Shown here piece by piece: positions 29,570 to 41,811 of a stretch of DNA of 64,000 nucleotides. A program made the position numbers and the translations under genes. Under the pieces are notes generated by a model. That model did not search any database and was not told the DNA's origin. It saw nothing but the letters and a program-made list of their open reading frames with translations. The first letter of the stretch is position 1. Every line of letters starts with the position of its first letter. This DNA comes from Candidatus Marinacidobacterales bacterium (GTDB taxonomy: Bacteria > Acidobacteriota > Vicinamibacteria > Marinacidobacterales > DATDRI01): assembly GCA_965219415.1 (NCBI GenBank), contig CBDCNP010000002.1, forward strand, positions 1,856,001 through 1,920,000. The letters are read 5' to 3'.

Positions 29570-30969
29570 GAGATATTGTCAAGAGTTGTGGATCAACTTT
29601 CTGAGTCAAGCGGCGTTCCTCGCTTCTTCGTTTAATCCGTCGACGAACTTCTCTCCCTCAAGTATCCGAGCGACAAGTGCGGGGGCGTTCACCCGGCGCC
29701 ATCGTTGGCTCGCCATGTCGAGTAACTTGTAGGCCATGAGGAGGGCTTTCGAACGGGAGCCTGCTCCCTTGGTAACTCTCTGCCGGAGTCGCACCGTGGC
29801 GAACGCCGACTCGATGGGGTTGGCGGTTCGGATGTGCTCCCAGTGCTCGGCGGGGAAATCGTAGAACGTCAGGAGTTTGTCCTGGTGCTTGGTCAGGGAT
29901 GCGACAGCCTTGGGGTACTTGGCCCCGTAGTCCGATTCGAACCGCTCAAGAGCTTCTTCCGCCTGCTCCCTGGTCTCAGCCTTGACGATCTCGTTCAGGG
30001 CACCCTTCACACGGCCATGAAGACGCCTCGGTAGCTTGTCGAGGACGTTTTTTGTCTTGTGAACGCAGCACAACTGGTGACGGGTTTCCGGCCATACGTT
30101 TCGAACCGCAGCCCAGAATCCCAAGGCGCCGTCTCCGATGGCGAGAAGAGGAGGTTTCATCCCGCGGCGATCTAGTTCCCTCAGCACGTACGCCCAGCTC
30201 TCCTCGCTCTCTCGATAACCGTCCTCCACCGCGAGCAGCTCCTTCATCCCATCCGCCCGAACACCAAGAACGACAAGGGTGCAAAGCCTGTCGTCTTCGA
30301 GACGAACATTGAAGTGAACGCCGTCGACCCAGATGTACGCGTAATCCTCGCGGCTCAAGTCTCGTTTCCGAAACTCTTCGTACTCCGACTGCCATTTCGC
30401 CGTCAGCCTCGTGATCGCCGTCGACGAAAGCCCCGAAGCCTCCTCGCCCAGCAGCTCCTTCAGCGCAGGCCCGAAATCGTTCGTCGACAATCCGCGCAAG
30501 TACAGCAACGGCAAAACCTCACTCACCTTCGGGGAGCGACGCATATACGGAGGTAAGATGCTGCTCGTGAAGCGCTGACGTTCTCCATCGATCACCCGCT
30601 TGTCGTTGACTCGCGGCGCCTCGACTTCCATCGTTCCGCAGCCCATCGTCACTTTGCGGGCTCGAGCTCGACCGTTGCGGACTACGCTCGCGTGTCCGTT
30701 CTCGTCTCGTTCCGGAGAGTGGCTTTCGATGTAGTCTCCGACTTCCTCCTCCAGCGCCGTCATCAACATTCGACGCGCCCCCTCACGAGCCAGCTCATCG
30801 AGCGCAGTCCCGACTTCCTCATGTTTCGTTTCCTTCGGTGGATCTTGTATCCTCAGCATCGGTGGCGTTTCCTTCCTCCGGTTCGCTAAAACCGGTTTGG
30901 CCTTTGTCTTACATGGAAGGATACGCCGCCTTTCTCATTCAGGCGATCCACAATTTCTGGTTATAACTC
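29570..30969 (-). mobile_element. IS256 family type B, copy 1 (intact transposase 29606-30859)
   Basis: YIWVDG, IGDGALGFW, RTANPIES; termini GAGTTATAACC/GAGATATTGTC. Confidence 0.95.
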
Positions 30970-31107
30970 CAACAGTCGTGCGGGTGTGGCTCGTTGCATT
31001 GTGGTCATCGGTCCGTCTAACTAGAAGCTAAGCAGCTCTCGGCTGCATGAACCGAAGTATATCGGTCTTTTGCTGTGAAGGAGACGGTCATGCTGTGTTT
31101 GCTACTC

Positions 31108-33064
31108 TGTTTTGGCCCATATTGATCGTCTGATTTGGCCCACCCGTATCGAACCGTTAGTCTTCCCGGGGCGAAGTCCCGGGAAGGAGGTGTCGGTTGG
31201 AAAGGGGTGCCAAAGTGCGACTGTTCGAGCAGATGAGGCGAGAGTACGAACGCGGAGTTGGAACGATTCAAGGAGTTGCAACGAAGTACGGTGTTCACCG
31301 ACGAATGGTTGCGACAGGCCCTGGAGAAGGCTGTGCCACGGGAGCGTAAAATGTCCAGAACGGGCGTCACCGAAACTGGGTCCAGTGGTCGAGTTCATCG
31401 ACGGGATTCTGGAAGGAGACAAGCGAGCCCCGCGCAAACAGCGTCACACGGCTCATCGAATCTGGAGTCGTGTGATTGAGGAGTATCCGGGACATGAGAT
31501 AGCGGAACCAACGATACGTCGCTACGTAGGTCGTCGGAGGCGAGAGCTGGGGTTGAAGGACGCCGAAGTGTTCGTGCCCCAGAGTTACGAGTGGGGCGGT
31601 GAAGGCCAAGTGGACTGGTACGAGGCTCACTCACGGATCGGAGGGCGAGAGCAGAAGGTCTACGTGCTGGTGGTTCGGAGCATGGCAAGCGGAGGGGCGT
31701 TGCATCGAGGGTATCCGCGTCCGACGCAGCAAGCGTTTTTCGAAGCGCACGAGAAGGCGTTCGAGTTTTTCGGCGGGGTGTTCCACCGGCTGCGTTACGA
31801 CAACCTATCGCTGGCGGTGAGGAAGATCCTTCGGGGTCACCAACGTGAGCAAACAGAACGGTTCATCATGTTTCGCTCGCATTGGAGTTTTGAGTCGGAA
31901 TTTTGCAATCCGAGCCGTGGAAACGAGAAAGGCGGTGTGGAAAGCGAGGTCGGCTACTTCCGCCGCAATCACTGGACGCCGGTCCCTGAGTTCACGGATT
32001 GGGAAGAGCTGAACGACTACCTGCTGACGTGTTGCCGCAAGGAGGAGAAACGTCACATCTCCGGCAAAGCACATACGGTTGGTGTTGGGATGGAGTACGA
32101 ACGCGAGCACCTGTTGCCACTGGCGACGCAGGGTTTCGAGCTCGAAGAAAGACGAATCGGTCTGGTGGATAAGAAGGGTTGCGTCCGTGCGGGCACGAAC
32201 TGGTACTCGACGCCGCTCAAGCGCGGCCAACGTGCGGTGGCCAAGCTGATGCCGCTTGAAGTTGAGGTCTGGCACGAGGGACGCCGGGTGGCGCGTCACG
32301 AACGCTGCTACGACCGCATGAAACAAGTACTAGATCTTGAACACTACTTGGACGTCCTCGAGCGCAAACCCGGAGCCTTAGCCGGGTCGACGCCTCTGGC
32401 GCAGTGGCGCGAGCAAGGACGGTGGCCAGCGAGCTACGATGAAGTGTGGAAGCGATTGAATCGTCGTCACGGCAAGCAAGAAGGCACGCGTCAGATGATC
32501 GAACTCGTGCAGCTTGGACGCCGACACGGTTACGACCAGCTAAGAGATACGTTGCGTGTGGCGCTTGAGATCGGCTGTATCGATGCAGACGCGATTCGGC
32601 ACCTTGTCGAGTCTCCATCGCTTTCGCGCGCGGCATCGTCAGAGCTAGTCCAATCTCAACTCGGTGAGCTGGCGCGCTACGAACGTCCTCTACCTCACGT
32701 GGGTCACTACGACCGACTCGTGGATGAGCAGGCACACGAGGTAAGTCGATGAGACAACCCGTCGAGATTCAAACGATCCAGCAGCATTGCAAGACGCTTC
32801 GGATGCCAACGGTGTCAGCTCAGTTCCACAAGCTCGCAGAACAAGCTAGCCGCGAAAAACAAACCCACGTGGGTTATCTGGAGGTTCTGCTCAGCTCTGA
32901 AGTCGAAGAGCGAGAACACCGAACGGTTCAGAGACGGCTGAAGGAAGCACAGCTGCCGAGAGCGAAGACGCTCGACGAGTTCGACTTCTCGCTGTCACCG
33001 AAGCTGTCCGCTCAGCGAATCCGCCAACTCACTGAGGGTAGATACCTCGAGCGGGCAGAGCCGG
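31108..33064 (+). mobile_element. IS21 family remnant: frameshifted istA (~31198-32752) and truncated istB (32749-~33064)
   Basis: TG..TTGGCCCA repeats at the left end; [17 protein letters not shown]; IstB KTLDEFDF ends before Walker A. Confidence 0.88.
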
Positions 33065-33332
33065 ATTCGTACGCCTCGGCGTGATCGACCGCGTAGTCAC
33101 GCTTGACGACCGCGACGAGCTCCTCACCGCCATGCTCGGTATTGCCGCCCATCGCTTGTACCAATACGAAACCGTCGAGAGCGGCTTCGTTCAACTCACG
33201 CTCCATGGTCGAGGTCTTGTTGGTGGCGAGCAAGCGGTAGTCGACATCGACCGCGTCCTTCGCGGCGAGCATCGAGGTGGGTCCAACCCCAACGCCCATG
33301 AGGAAGATTAGCCGTCCCAAGTACTTCATCAC
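33065..33332 (-). pseudogene. Secreted hypothetical protein, 3'-truncated
   Basis: Signal peptide, DYRLLATNKTSTMERELNEA; runs into istB. Confidence 0.5.
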
Positions 33333-33394
33333 CTACCCCCTATCCTTCGGACGCCGACACTGAGAGGGTAGCATGTATCGGCGTCCGACAGTTG

Positions 33395-33590
33395 CACGCG
33401 ACGGTCTCTCGCCGGCAACTCAGGATCCAGCGTTCGGCGGTTCCATTCTGCCACGGGCTCCGATACGAGGTACGAATGGGTTCGATGCCGAGCGCCCGGA
33501 CGCACTCGACGACGGCCGGGCTGAAAATGGAGTCACGGTCGAAGATGAGATACCTAGGCGCGGTGTCGTATGGGAACGCCTCGCGCAGCG
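33395..33590 (-). pseudogene. rve integrase internal fragment
   Basis: PRYLIFDRDSIF..SPWQNGTAERWI..RRE. Confidence 0.8.
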
Positions 33591-33597
33591 AAAAAAT

Positions 33598-33623
33598 TGG
33601 CACGCCCGGTAGGATTCGAACCT
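33598..33623 (-). repeat. att-like duplication of the tRNA-Arg(TCG) 3' end
   Basis: 26-bp identity to 33771-33796. Confidence 0.85.
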
Positions 33624-33770
33624 TGTTGCGCCAAGGGTCCGGGTGTGGCACCGTCGGCGCCCACCTAGATACTGCACGCACCTATTTGCGGGCAATTGCA
33701 CATCCGTTCTGCAACTTGCGGTTGCGCGTGGCTGGACCTGTTTGCGCGGAATTCCCGCGGGGAGAGAAGT

Positions 33771-33847
33771 TGGCACGCCCGGTAGGATTCGAACCTACGA
33801 CCTACAGATTCGAAGTCTGGCGCTCTATCCAGCTGAGCTACGGGCGC
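33771..33847 (-). tRNA. tRNA-Arg(TCG)
   Basis: Cloverleaf; CAGA-CT TCG AA-TCTG; CCA end. Confidence 0.93.
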
Positions 33848-33973
33848 ACCTAGTCCTTTCAATAACTTACGCTGCCCTGCTTGTCAAATCCGCCGCGCAA
33901 CAGTGTGTATTGCCAACGCGCCAGTTGAAAATCTCTCGGTTTAGTCTCACAATAGTAGATAACCCATCTACAA

Positions 33974-35373
33974 GAGTTATAACCAGAAGTTGTGGATCGC
34001 CTGAATGAGAAAGGCGGCGTATCCTTCCATGTAAGACAAAGGCCAAACCGGTTTTAGCGAACCGGAGGAAGGAAACGCCACCGATGCTGAGGATACAAGA
34101 TCCACCGAAGGAAACGAAACATGAGGAAGTCGGGACTGCGCTCGATGAGCTGGCTCGTGAGGGGGCGCGTCGAATGTTGATGACGGCGCTGGAGGAGGAA
34201 GTCGGAGACTACATCGAAAGCCACTCTCCGGAACGAGACGAGAACGGACACGCGAGCGTAGTCCGCAACGGTCGAGCTCGAGCCCGCAAAGTGACGATGG
34301 GCTGCGGAACGATGGAAGTCGAGGCGCCGCGAGTCAACGACAAGCGGGTGATCGATGGAGAACGTCAGCGCTTCACGAGCAGCATCTTACCTCCGTATAT
34401 GCGTCGCTCCCCGAAGGTGAGTGAGGTTTTGCCGTTGCTGTACTTGCGCGGATTGTCGACGAACGATTTCGGGCCTGCGCTGAAGGAGCTGCTGGGCGAG
34501 GAGGCTTCGGGGCTTTCGTCGACGGCGATCACGAGGCTGACGGCGAAATGGCAGTCGGAGTACGAAGAGTTTCGGAAACGAGACTTGAGCCGCGAGGATT
34601 ACGCGTACATCTGGGTCGACGGCGTTCACTTCAATGTTCGTCTCGAAGACGACAGGCTTTGCACCCTTGTCGTTCTTGGTGTTCGGGCGGATGGGACGAA
34701 GGAGCTGCTCGCGGTGGAGGACGGTTATCGAGAGAGCGAGGAGAGCTGGGCGTACGTGCTGAGGGAACTAGATCGCCGCGGGATGAAACCTCCTCTTCTC
34801 GCCATCGGAGACGGCGCCTTGGGATTCTGGGCTGCGGTTCGAAACGTATAGCCGGAAACCCGTCACCAGTTGTGCTGCGTTCACAAGACAAAAAACGTCC
34901 TCGACAAGCTACCGAGGCGTCTTCATGGCCGTGTGAAGAGCGCCCTGAACGAGATCGTCAAGGCTGAGACCAGGGAGCAGGCGGAAGAAGCTCTTGAGCG
35001 GTTCGAATCGGACTACGGGGCCAAGTACCCCAAGGCTGTCGCATCCCTGACCAAGCACCAGGACAAACTCCTGACGTTCTACGATTTCCCCGCCGAGCAC
35101 TGGGAGCACATCCGAACCGCCAACCCCATCGAGTCGGCGTTCGCCACGGTGCGACTCCGGCAGAGAGTTACCAAGGGAGCAGGCTCCCGTTCGAAAACCC
35201 TCCTCATGGCCTACAAGTTACTCGACATGGCGAGCCAACGATGGCGCCGGGTGAACGCCCCCGCACTTGTCGCTCGGATACTTGAGGGAGAGAAGTTCGT
35301 CGACGGATTAAACGAAGAAGCGAGGAACGCCGCTTGACTCAGAAAGTTGATCCACAACTCTTGACAATATCTC
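33974..35373 (+). mobile_element. IS256 family type B, copy 2 (nonsense TGG>TAG at 34849-34851)
   Basis: Near-identical inverted copy of 29570-30969. Confidence 0.95.
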
Positions 35374-35647
35374 CGACTGTTGTGCCTGGGCACTCTGTCC
35401 TTGGTTAGCTTGGCGGCCTCCAGGGCCTAGCTGGCCTGTAGATGGCCGCAGCCCCAGAACGACGCAGCCGGCGAGGCCCGACAGGAACCACTTCAGGGCC
35501 AGGTTATGCGGGAGCGGGAAGGCCACGTAGCTGTTTGTAGGACTGACTCATGGCGAAGAACAGGCCAATGATGGCCCCGGCACGTACGGGCTCACCATCG
35601 AGATGCCTGGCTGCAAAACCAAGCAACTGAATTCCCGCTGGAACGGG

Positions 35648-37540
35648 CTATTTATCAAGCTCCTCCTGGACAATGTAGGCGCGCATACGATCGATTTTAC
35701 GGGGATGTCCCGCCGGATGTTGAATTTGGGGTAGCGGCGGCTCCTTGGCCGGCCTAAGAATAGGTCTGCCAAACAACCGTCTCCAGAGGGGGACAAGGAG
35801 CCACCAATGCCTAGGAAATCAAAGAAGCCAGTAAGAAAGCAAACGCACTCGCCTACGGGCAAGGTAGTTGGCCAAGTCGGTCAGATACTGCTACCGATGA
35901 TAGCTGGGATCGCGGCCACGAAGGCGGAACTGACGGAATGGGTGTACGAGCAAGGACTGACAGCTCTGCACCTACTGCTCAGAGAGGACGCCGAGGAGAT
36001 CGCGGGGCTCAAGGGCAAGCACGAGAAGGAGCGAACTCATAACCACTGGGGGAGCACGAACGGAGAGCTGAGCTTCGGTGGTCGTCGCATCCAAGTGTCG
36101 CGACCTCGAGTTCGCTCGAAGTCGGGCGAGGAGGCGTCGCTTCCACACTTCGAAGCCTTCCGCGAAGAAGACCCGCTTCCAGAGCGAGTGTTGAATCAGA
36201 TCTTGGTGGGGGTATCGACCCGAAATTACGAATCGAGTCTGAACAAACCCGCGGCCAAGTTGAAGTCTCGTGGCACGAGTAAGAGTGCCGCCAGCCGTCA
36301 CCTCGTGAGCCAGACGACTAAGAAGCTCGAGGAATACCTGTCTCGGCGGCTAGAGGAGTTCGAGCTTGCGGCACTGATGCTGGATGGCCTTGAGGTGGCC
36401 GGACAGACCGTCGTCGTAACTCTAGGTATCACAATAGATGGAACGAAGGTGCCCCTGGGTATATGGCTGGGCTCGACGGAGAACTCTCGGGTGTGCACCG
36501 CGATGTTGCAGGACCTTCTCGAGCGGGGCTTGCGCGTCGATGAGTCGATTCTCTGCGTAGTGGACGGAGGCAAAGGCATCCGCAAGGCACTCGTCGACGT
36601 TTTGGGGGACCTCGCGGTCATCCAAAGGTGCCAGATCCATAAACTCCGGAATCTTCGCTCGTACCTTCCCAAGTCTCGTCACGCCTACGTGCTCCAGACG
36701 ATGAAGGAAGCCTACAAGTGCAAGAGTGCCGACAAGGCGCGCAAGCGACTTCAGGCATTGGTGTCGTGGCTCGAGCGAAACGGCTACGACGAAGCTGCCG
36801 GAAGCCTTCGTGAAGGGATGGAAGAGACACTCACGGTCGTGAAGCTCGCGCTGCCCGCCTTACTTCGCCAGTCTCTTGCCACGACGAACGCCATTGAGAA
36901 TCTCAACGGAACCATTCGCAGAGTATCGAGAAACGTCAAGCGTTGGAAGAGTCCTTCCATGGTTCGCCGATGGACCGCTCTTGGCGTCGTCACCGCGCAG
37001 AAAAAGTTCCGGCGTATCAAAGGCTATCGCCATATGGGCGCTCTCGTTCACGCGCTTAGAAGCAAACAGAAATCTCTTGACAGCGATGAGTTTGCTGCCT
37101 AAGAGTATTCACAGGTGCCGCCGCTACCCGACCAAATTCAACAGCGGCCGGGACATCCCCGATTTTACCTTCGCACACATGTTCCACCGATGCGACCCAG
37201 AATTGCACCCTCGTTCCAGGTTTCCCTCCGTCTATGGCCTTTGTGCTCCTTGTGCCTATTCCCGAGATTTCTACCAAAACCTGATCGTCATGAGCAAATA
37301 TATTGTCAATATTCCACTTCAGATCTGGAAATGAATCAAGGTATCCCTGTATCTCCTCTTCAAGCTCCCCTCGGGCCGTGTTTTGGAGGTTCTCCAAAAT
37401 CTTCATCCACTACGTCATCTGAAACTACAGAAAGGGACCGCTCGATATCGTGTTCTGCGAAACCCTCTATATGGGTTCTCACCAGGGCAATATTGGATCG
37501 TTCTTCTTCTGTGTAGTCAGTGTCACTTGATATTATTCAT
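35648..37540 (-). pseudogene. SnoaL-like/ester cyclase (NTF2 fold), split by IS256 and frameshifted
   Basis: YLDSFPDLKWNIDNIFAHDDQVLVE..EGKI resumes as DRMRAYIVQEELDK* across the IS; low GC. Confidence 0.75.
35701..37160 (+). mobile_element. IS256 family type A, copy 2 (transposase 35807-37102)
   Basis: Near-identical to copy 1; 8-bp TSD GATTTTAC. Confidence 0.96.
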
Positions 37541-38122
37541 TTTTATATATCTCCTGAGGGTATAGTCGGGTTAGTCGAATTGATGAAGTAATTCAAATCC
37601 CAACAATGACTGACTATCGTTGAAGTACTCCAGATTCCTAGGGGATTATTCGTGAATATTCCCTGTATTTTCCCTGATATCAGTGAATAATGTGGTGAAA
37701 ATGGTTAGCTGGAGATTGTAACCACCCCCAAACAGCATTGGTACCTTATCCAGACAGAGTTAAAGAGCACATGTCCTGAAACCTGCCATTACATCACGGC
37801 GATCCAGGGGAAAAAAATTACGATACCGGCCCTGTCACCATAACGACTTCGTGTTGCCCAGGTTCGACCTTTTTAATACCTTGGTATCATCAAAAAGCGG
37901 CTCTGAATTGTTAACAGATAGGAAATCGTATCTCGCCACCGTGTGTCTCACGGGCCTGAATTGTATCGGTTGAGGGTTCGGGTGGCGCAACAACCTACCG
38001 GGCGTGCCATTTGTTTTAGCGACGTATCGGTTTGCTACGATAAGCCTCTATCTAGTTAGGCCGAAAAGAGCGGTTGCTTTCCCCCACTCCCTTGAAACAA
38101 CCTATGTTGGGCGCGCTGCACA

Positions 38123-40603
38123 ATGAGCCAAAAAGAAACATCGACCGCGACGCCATGGGCGAAGCTGCTCTTCGTCAACCTCGCCGTCCTGGCGCTGGGC
38201 CTGGTGGTGCTGGAGCTAGCTTTCGGCAACTGGGTCCGTCCCGACCAGCTCAATCGCTTAAATCTTCTCAAAACCCGTGAAATCCGCTACGACGTCGACG
38301 GTGCATACGGGACCGACCACACGTACACGGTCTATCGTCGCGACGCCTACGGGTTCCGCGGCTCTTATCCCTCGCTCTCGGAAATCGACGTCCTGACCCT
38401 GGGTGGAAGCACCACCGACCAGCGCCACATCCACGAGGGTGAGACGTGGCAGGACGTGCTGCACGAGAACTTCGCCGCTGACGGCCGGGCGGTCTCGATC
38501 GTCAACGCGGGCATCGACGGCCAGTCAACCTACAGGCACATCAAGAACTTCGTTTGGTGGTTTCCCGGCGTCCAAGGCCTGAGAGGCCGCTACTGTCTCG
38601 TCTACGTCGGCATCAACGATTTCTACAAGGAAGCCGGCGCCCAGCGGGACGACCTGCTCCGGCATGGCGAAGGCTCGGTGGTGGGAGCGCTCAAAGAGCG
38701 GAGCGCGATCTACCACCTCTACCGTCTGCTCAAGGGGATTCATGCCGCCGGAGCGCAGCACGGATTGAGTCATACCAAGATAGATTGGGTTTACGCGGAT
38801 TCGTGTGGGTAAGTTCTGACGGAAAAACAGTGTAACTCATTGTGTGGAAAAGGTATCGAGTACTTCATCAGGTGCTGAAAAGTGGTCCATTTTTAGGATA
38901 GGCTAGCCGAGTGAAAAATTCCCAGTCGATCCGCTCGCTGTTTGCGCTGCCAGGTTTCGTGGTTGGTGCCGGATTGAAGGGTCTATTCGGTGACCGATAC
39001 GCCCGCGTCATCCAGCTCAAGAGGCGAAAAAAACAGCTGTGTGCTCTTACTGTGGGCAACGGTGCCGGGGGCGCTATGACAAGCAAGTGTGCCGGGTCCG
39101 CGACCTGTCGTTGGCAGGCTGGCGGATCTATCTGGAATACGAGCGTTGGCGCGTCAACTGTTCTGGGTGCGGCGGTGTGCATGTAGAACACCTAGACTGG
39201 CTGGCGAACAACTCGCGCTACACCCAGCGTTTTGCGACGCATGTGGGCAAGCTGTGCCGGGATATGCCGAACAAGGCGGTGGCCGAGATGGAACGTCTGC
39301 ACCACGGTACGGTGAAGGCTCTGGATACGCTCTACATGCAAGAGCAGGTCGACCGGGCGGGGCTACCGGCGCCTCGGGCCATCGGTGTCGATGAGATCTC
39401 CATCCGCAAGGGACATAATTATCGCGTCATTGTCAGCGACCTGGAGCGGGCGCGTCCCATCTGGGTGGGCGGTAAGGGTCGCAAAGAAACCGACATCGAT
39501 TTGTTCTTCAAGGCGCTGGGCGGAAAGAAAAGCGCCCGTATCAAGCTGGCCGCCATGGATACGTGGAAGCCCTTCCGGAACTCGGTGATTCACAACGCGC
39601 CTAATGCGCGGATCATCTTCGACAAGTTTCATATCATGCGTCATCTGTCAAAGGCCTTCGATGAGGTCCGGCGCGGTGAGTACAAACGCCTCAGCGGCAA
39701 GGACCGGTCGTACATCAAGGGGCAGCGTTACACTTTGCTTTCCCGGCGGGAGAACCTGAGCCTAGACGGTCGCCGCGCACTCAAAAAGTTGCTCCAGGCC
39801 AACCGGCGCCTGAACACCGCCTATATTTTGAAGGAGGCCTTCGGGCAACTCTGGGATTACCGCACCGAACGCGGCGCTCGCGCCTTTTTCACCCGTTGGA
39901 AAGACAGCCTCAAATGGCAACGCCTGCATCCGTACCAGAAGTTCGCCGGTATGATTGAGTCCCATTGGGATGGTATCGCCTCCTACTGTCATCCGGAGAA
40001 CAAAGTCAGTCTCGGCCTAGTTGAAGGGGTCAACAACAAAATCCGTGTTCTGCAACGACGCGCCTACGGCTATCGCGACGAGGAATATCTCAAGCTGAAG
40101 ATCGTGGCGACTTTCCTTCCGCCATTACCCAGAAATGCAGTTTTCAACCCACACGAATCCGCGTAGACCCAATAGATTTCAGCTCGCTGCAGTGGACTTC
40201 GAGTCCTATCGCCGGTGACTACGACGGGCTCATGAAGGAACGGCTGGACGGCTATCGGGAGCGCCTCACGATTCTGTTGGATGCGATTCGCGAGTTCGAC
40301 GCCGCACCCATCCTGGTCTCGCAGCGAAGCATGAAATACAAGTGGATCGGCGGGCAGATCCAAGGTGTGGCCGACACGGAAGACTACGATGGCGTGGCCA
40401 TCAACGGCGTCGACTACTACCACATGCTCTCGCGACTCAACCGGCTGACGCAGCAGGCTTGCCAGCCGTCGGATTGCCTTTTCATAGACCTCGCCGCCGA
40501 GCTCGATCTGAGCGAAGACGACTTCTACGACTACCATACCAACCCTGCAGGCTGCAAAAAGATCGGCGACTACCTCTTCGCGAAGCTTCAACATTTGTTC
40601 TGA
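38123..40603 (+). pseudogene. SGNH/GDSL hydrolase family protein interrupted by ISL3
   Basis: LGGSTT, NAGIDG, YVGIND before the IS; DDFYDYHTNPAG after it; frame restores on IS removal. Confidence 0.85.
38787..40170 (+). mobile_element. ISL3 family element, two-ORF transposase (38911-40166)
   Basis: 24-bp TIR GGGTYTACGCGGATTCGTGTGGGT; IGVDE, FDKFH, EGVNNKI..RRAYGYRD; A7 run at the ORF overlap. Confidence 0.95.
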
Positions 40604-40805
40604 GAGTTTTCACAACGAAGACGTCTCCCCCGCGTCGGTGAGGGTCGACGAGCGGCTCCTACCACCGTAAGACCGATTGTGGTGTAAAGGATGAGGCTGA
40701 GAACCACTTAAAACTATTGTACAGAAGGAGGCGGAGACGGCAACCTTTTAACGGCGCTTGGTTTCACCTGATTGATAGGATATGTTGGCCGTGCTGGTAT
40801 AGAAG

Positions 40806-41777
40806 ATGTTTGGCAAGGGAGATCGAACTCGGCCAGGGAGCACCGTAGCGCTACTCGCGGTCTCCCTGGCGGCGGGGTGCCCTGGTACGGAACCAGAATC
40901 AGCTTCGGACGCGCAGCCAGGGATTGAGCGCCTGGCCGCGGGACCGCCACACGCCATCATCTTTCAGTCCGAACGGGCCGGCGGCGTCGACGTTTGGATG
41001 ATAAACGGCGACGGCTCGCAGCCAACCAACCTGACGGGAAACGGCGCCCTCGACTACAACGACCGCCACCCTACGGGATCTTCCGACGGCTCACGGATCG
41101 CCTTTCGTTCGGATCGAGACGGTAATCCCGACGTCTTCATCATGAGCCGGGACGGCTCCGAGCAGATGAATCTGACCGCTCACACGGCGACGGACATCGA
41201 CCCCTCGTTCTCACCCGACGGCTCGCGTATCACTTTTGATTCGGATCGCGATGGTAAGGTCGAAATCTATGTGATGGACACGGATGGCTCGAACCAGGTC
41301 CGTCTCACCGAGAACGACGCCGTCGACAGCCATCCTTTCTGGTCACCAACCGGTGACCGGATCGCCTTCTACTCGAATCGCGATGACCCGGATAGCGATG
41401 CGATGGATATTTACGTTCTGGATGTCGACGGAGGAGATGTCACTCGCATCACGAACGATCCAGCCGACGATCGCTACCCGTCCTGGTCGCCGGACGGTTC
41501 TCGGGTCACCTTCAGCTCCGATCGAGACGGGAACCCCGAAATCTATACGATGAGCGCCGACGGTTCCGACACCGTGCGCTTGACCCAGAACGATGCTCCG
41601 GATCTCGCACCCGCCTGGTCTCCCGATGGCGACTGGATCGTTTTTCGCTCCGAGCGAGACGGAGGTCCCGAGATCTATGTGATCCGCGCGGACGGCTCTG
41701 AGCCAACTCGACTCACCACGGACGGAGCGGGAAACAGCAACCCACGCTGGCTCTCCAACCAGTCAAGCGACCGGTAA
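40806..41777 (+). CDS. TolB-like PD40 beta-propeller lipoprotein
   Basis: Lipobox AAGC; repeated PxWSPDGxRIxFxSDRDG. Confidence 0.9.
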   Translation: MFGKGDRTRPGSTVALLAVSLAAGCPGTEPESASDAQPGIERLAAGPPHAIIFQSERAGGVDVWMINGDGSQPTNLTGNGALDYNDRHPTGSSDGSRIAFRSDRDGNPDVFIMSRDGSEQMNLTAHTATDIDPSFSPDGSRITFDSDRDGKVEIYVMDTDGSNQVRLTENDAVDSHPFWSPTGDRIAFYSNRDDPDSDAMDIYVLDVDGGDVTRITNDPADDRYPSWSPDGSRVTFSSDRDGNPEIYTMSADGSDTVRLTQNDAPDLAPAWSPDGDWIVFRSERDGGPEIYVIRADGSEPTRLTTDGAGNSNPRWLSNQSSDR

Positions 41778-41811
41778 CGCTTCCGCTCGACGATTGTTCA
41801 AGGAGGAAATC

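Noticed and set aside
34849-34851. TAG read-through (pyrrolysine) in IS256-B copy 2
   Set aside because: The sister copy has TGG, so this is a simple nonsense change or error.
27617-37160. Composite transposon bounded by the two IS256-A copies
   Set aside because: Each copy has its own matched 8-bp TSD, so they are independent insertions.
40806-41777. DGR-like or novel DNA repeats
   Set aside because: Ordinary PD40 propeller repeats; no reverse transcriptase in the window.
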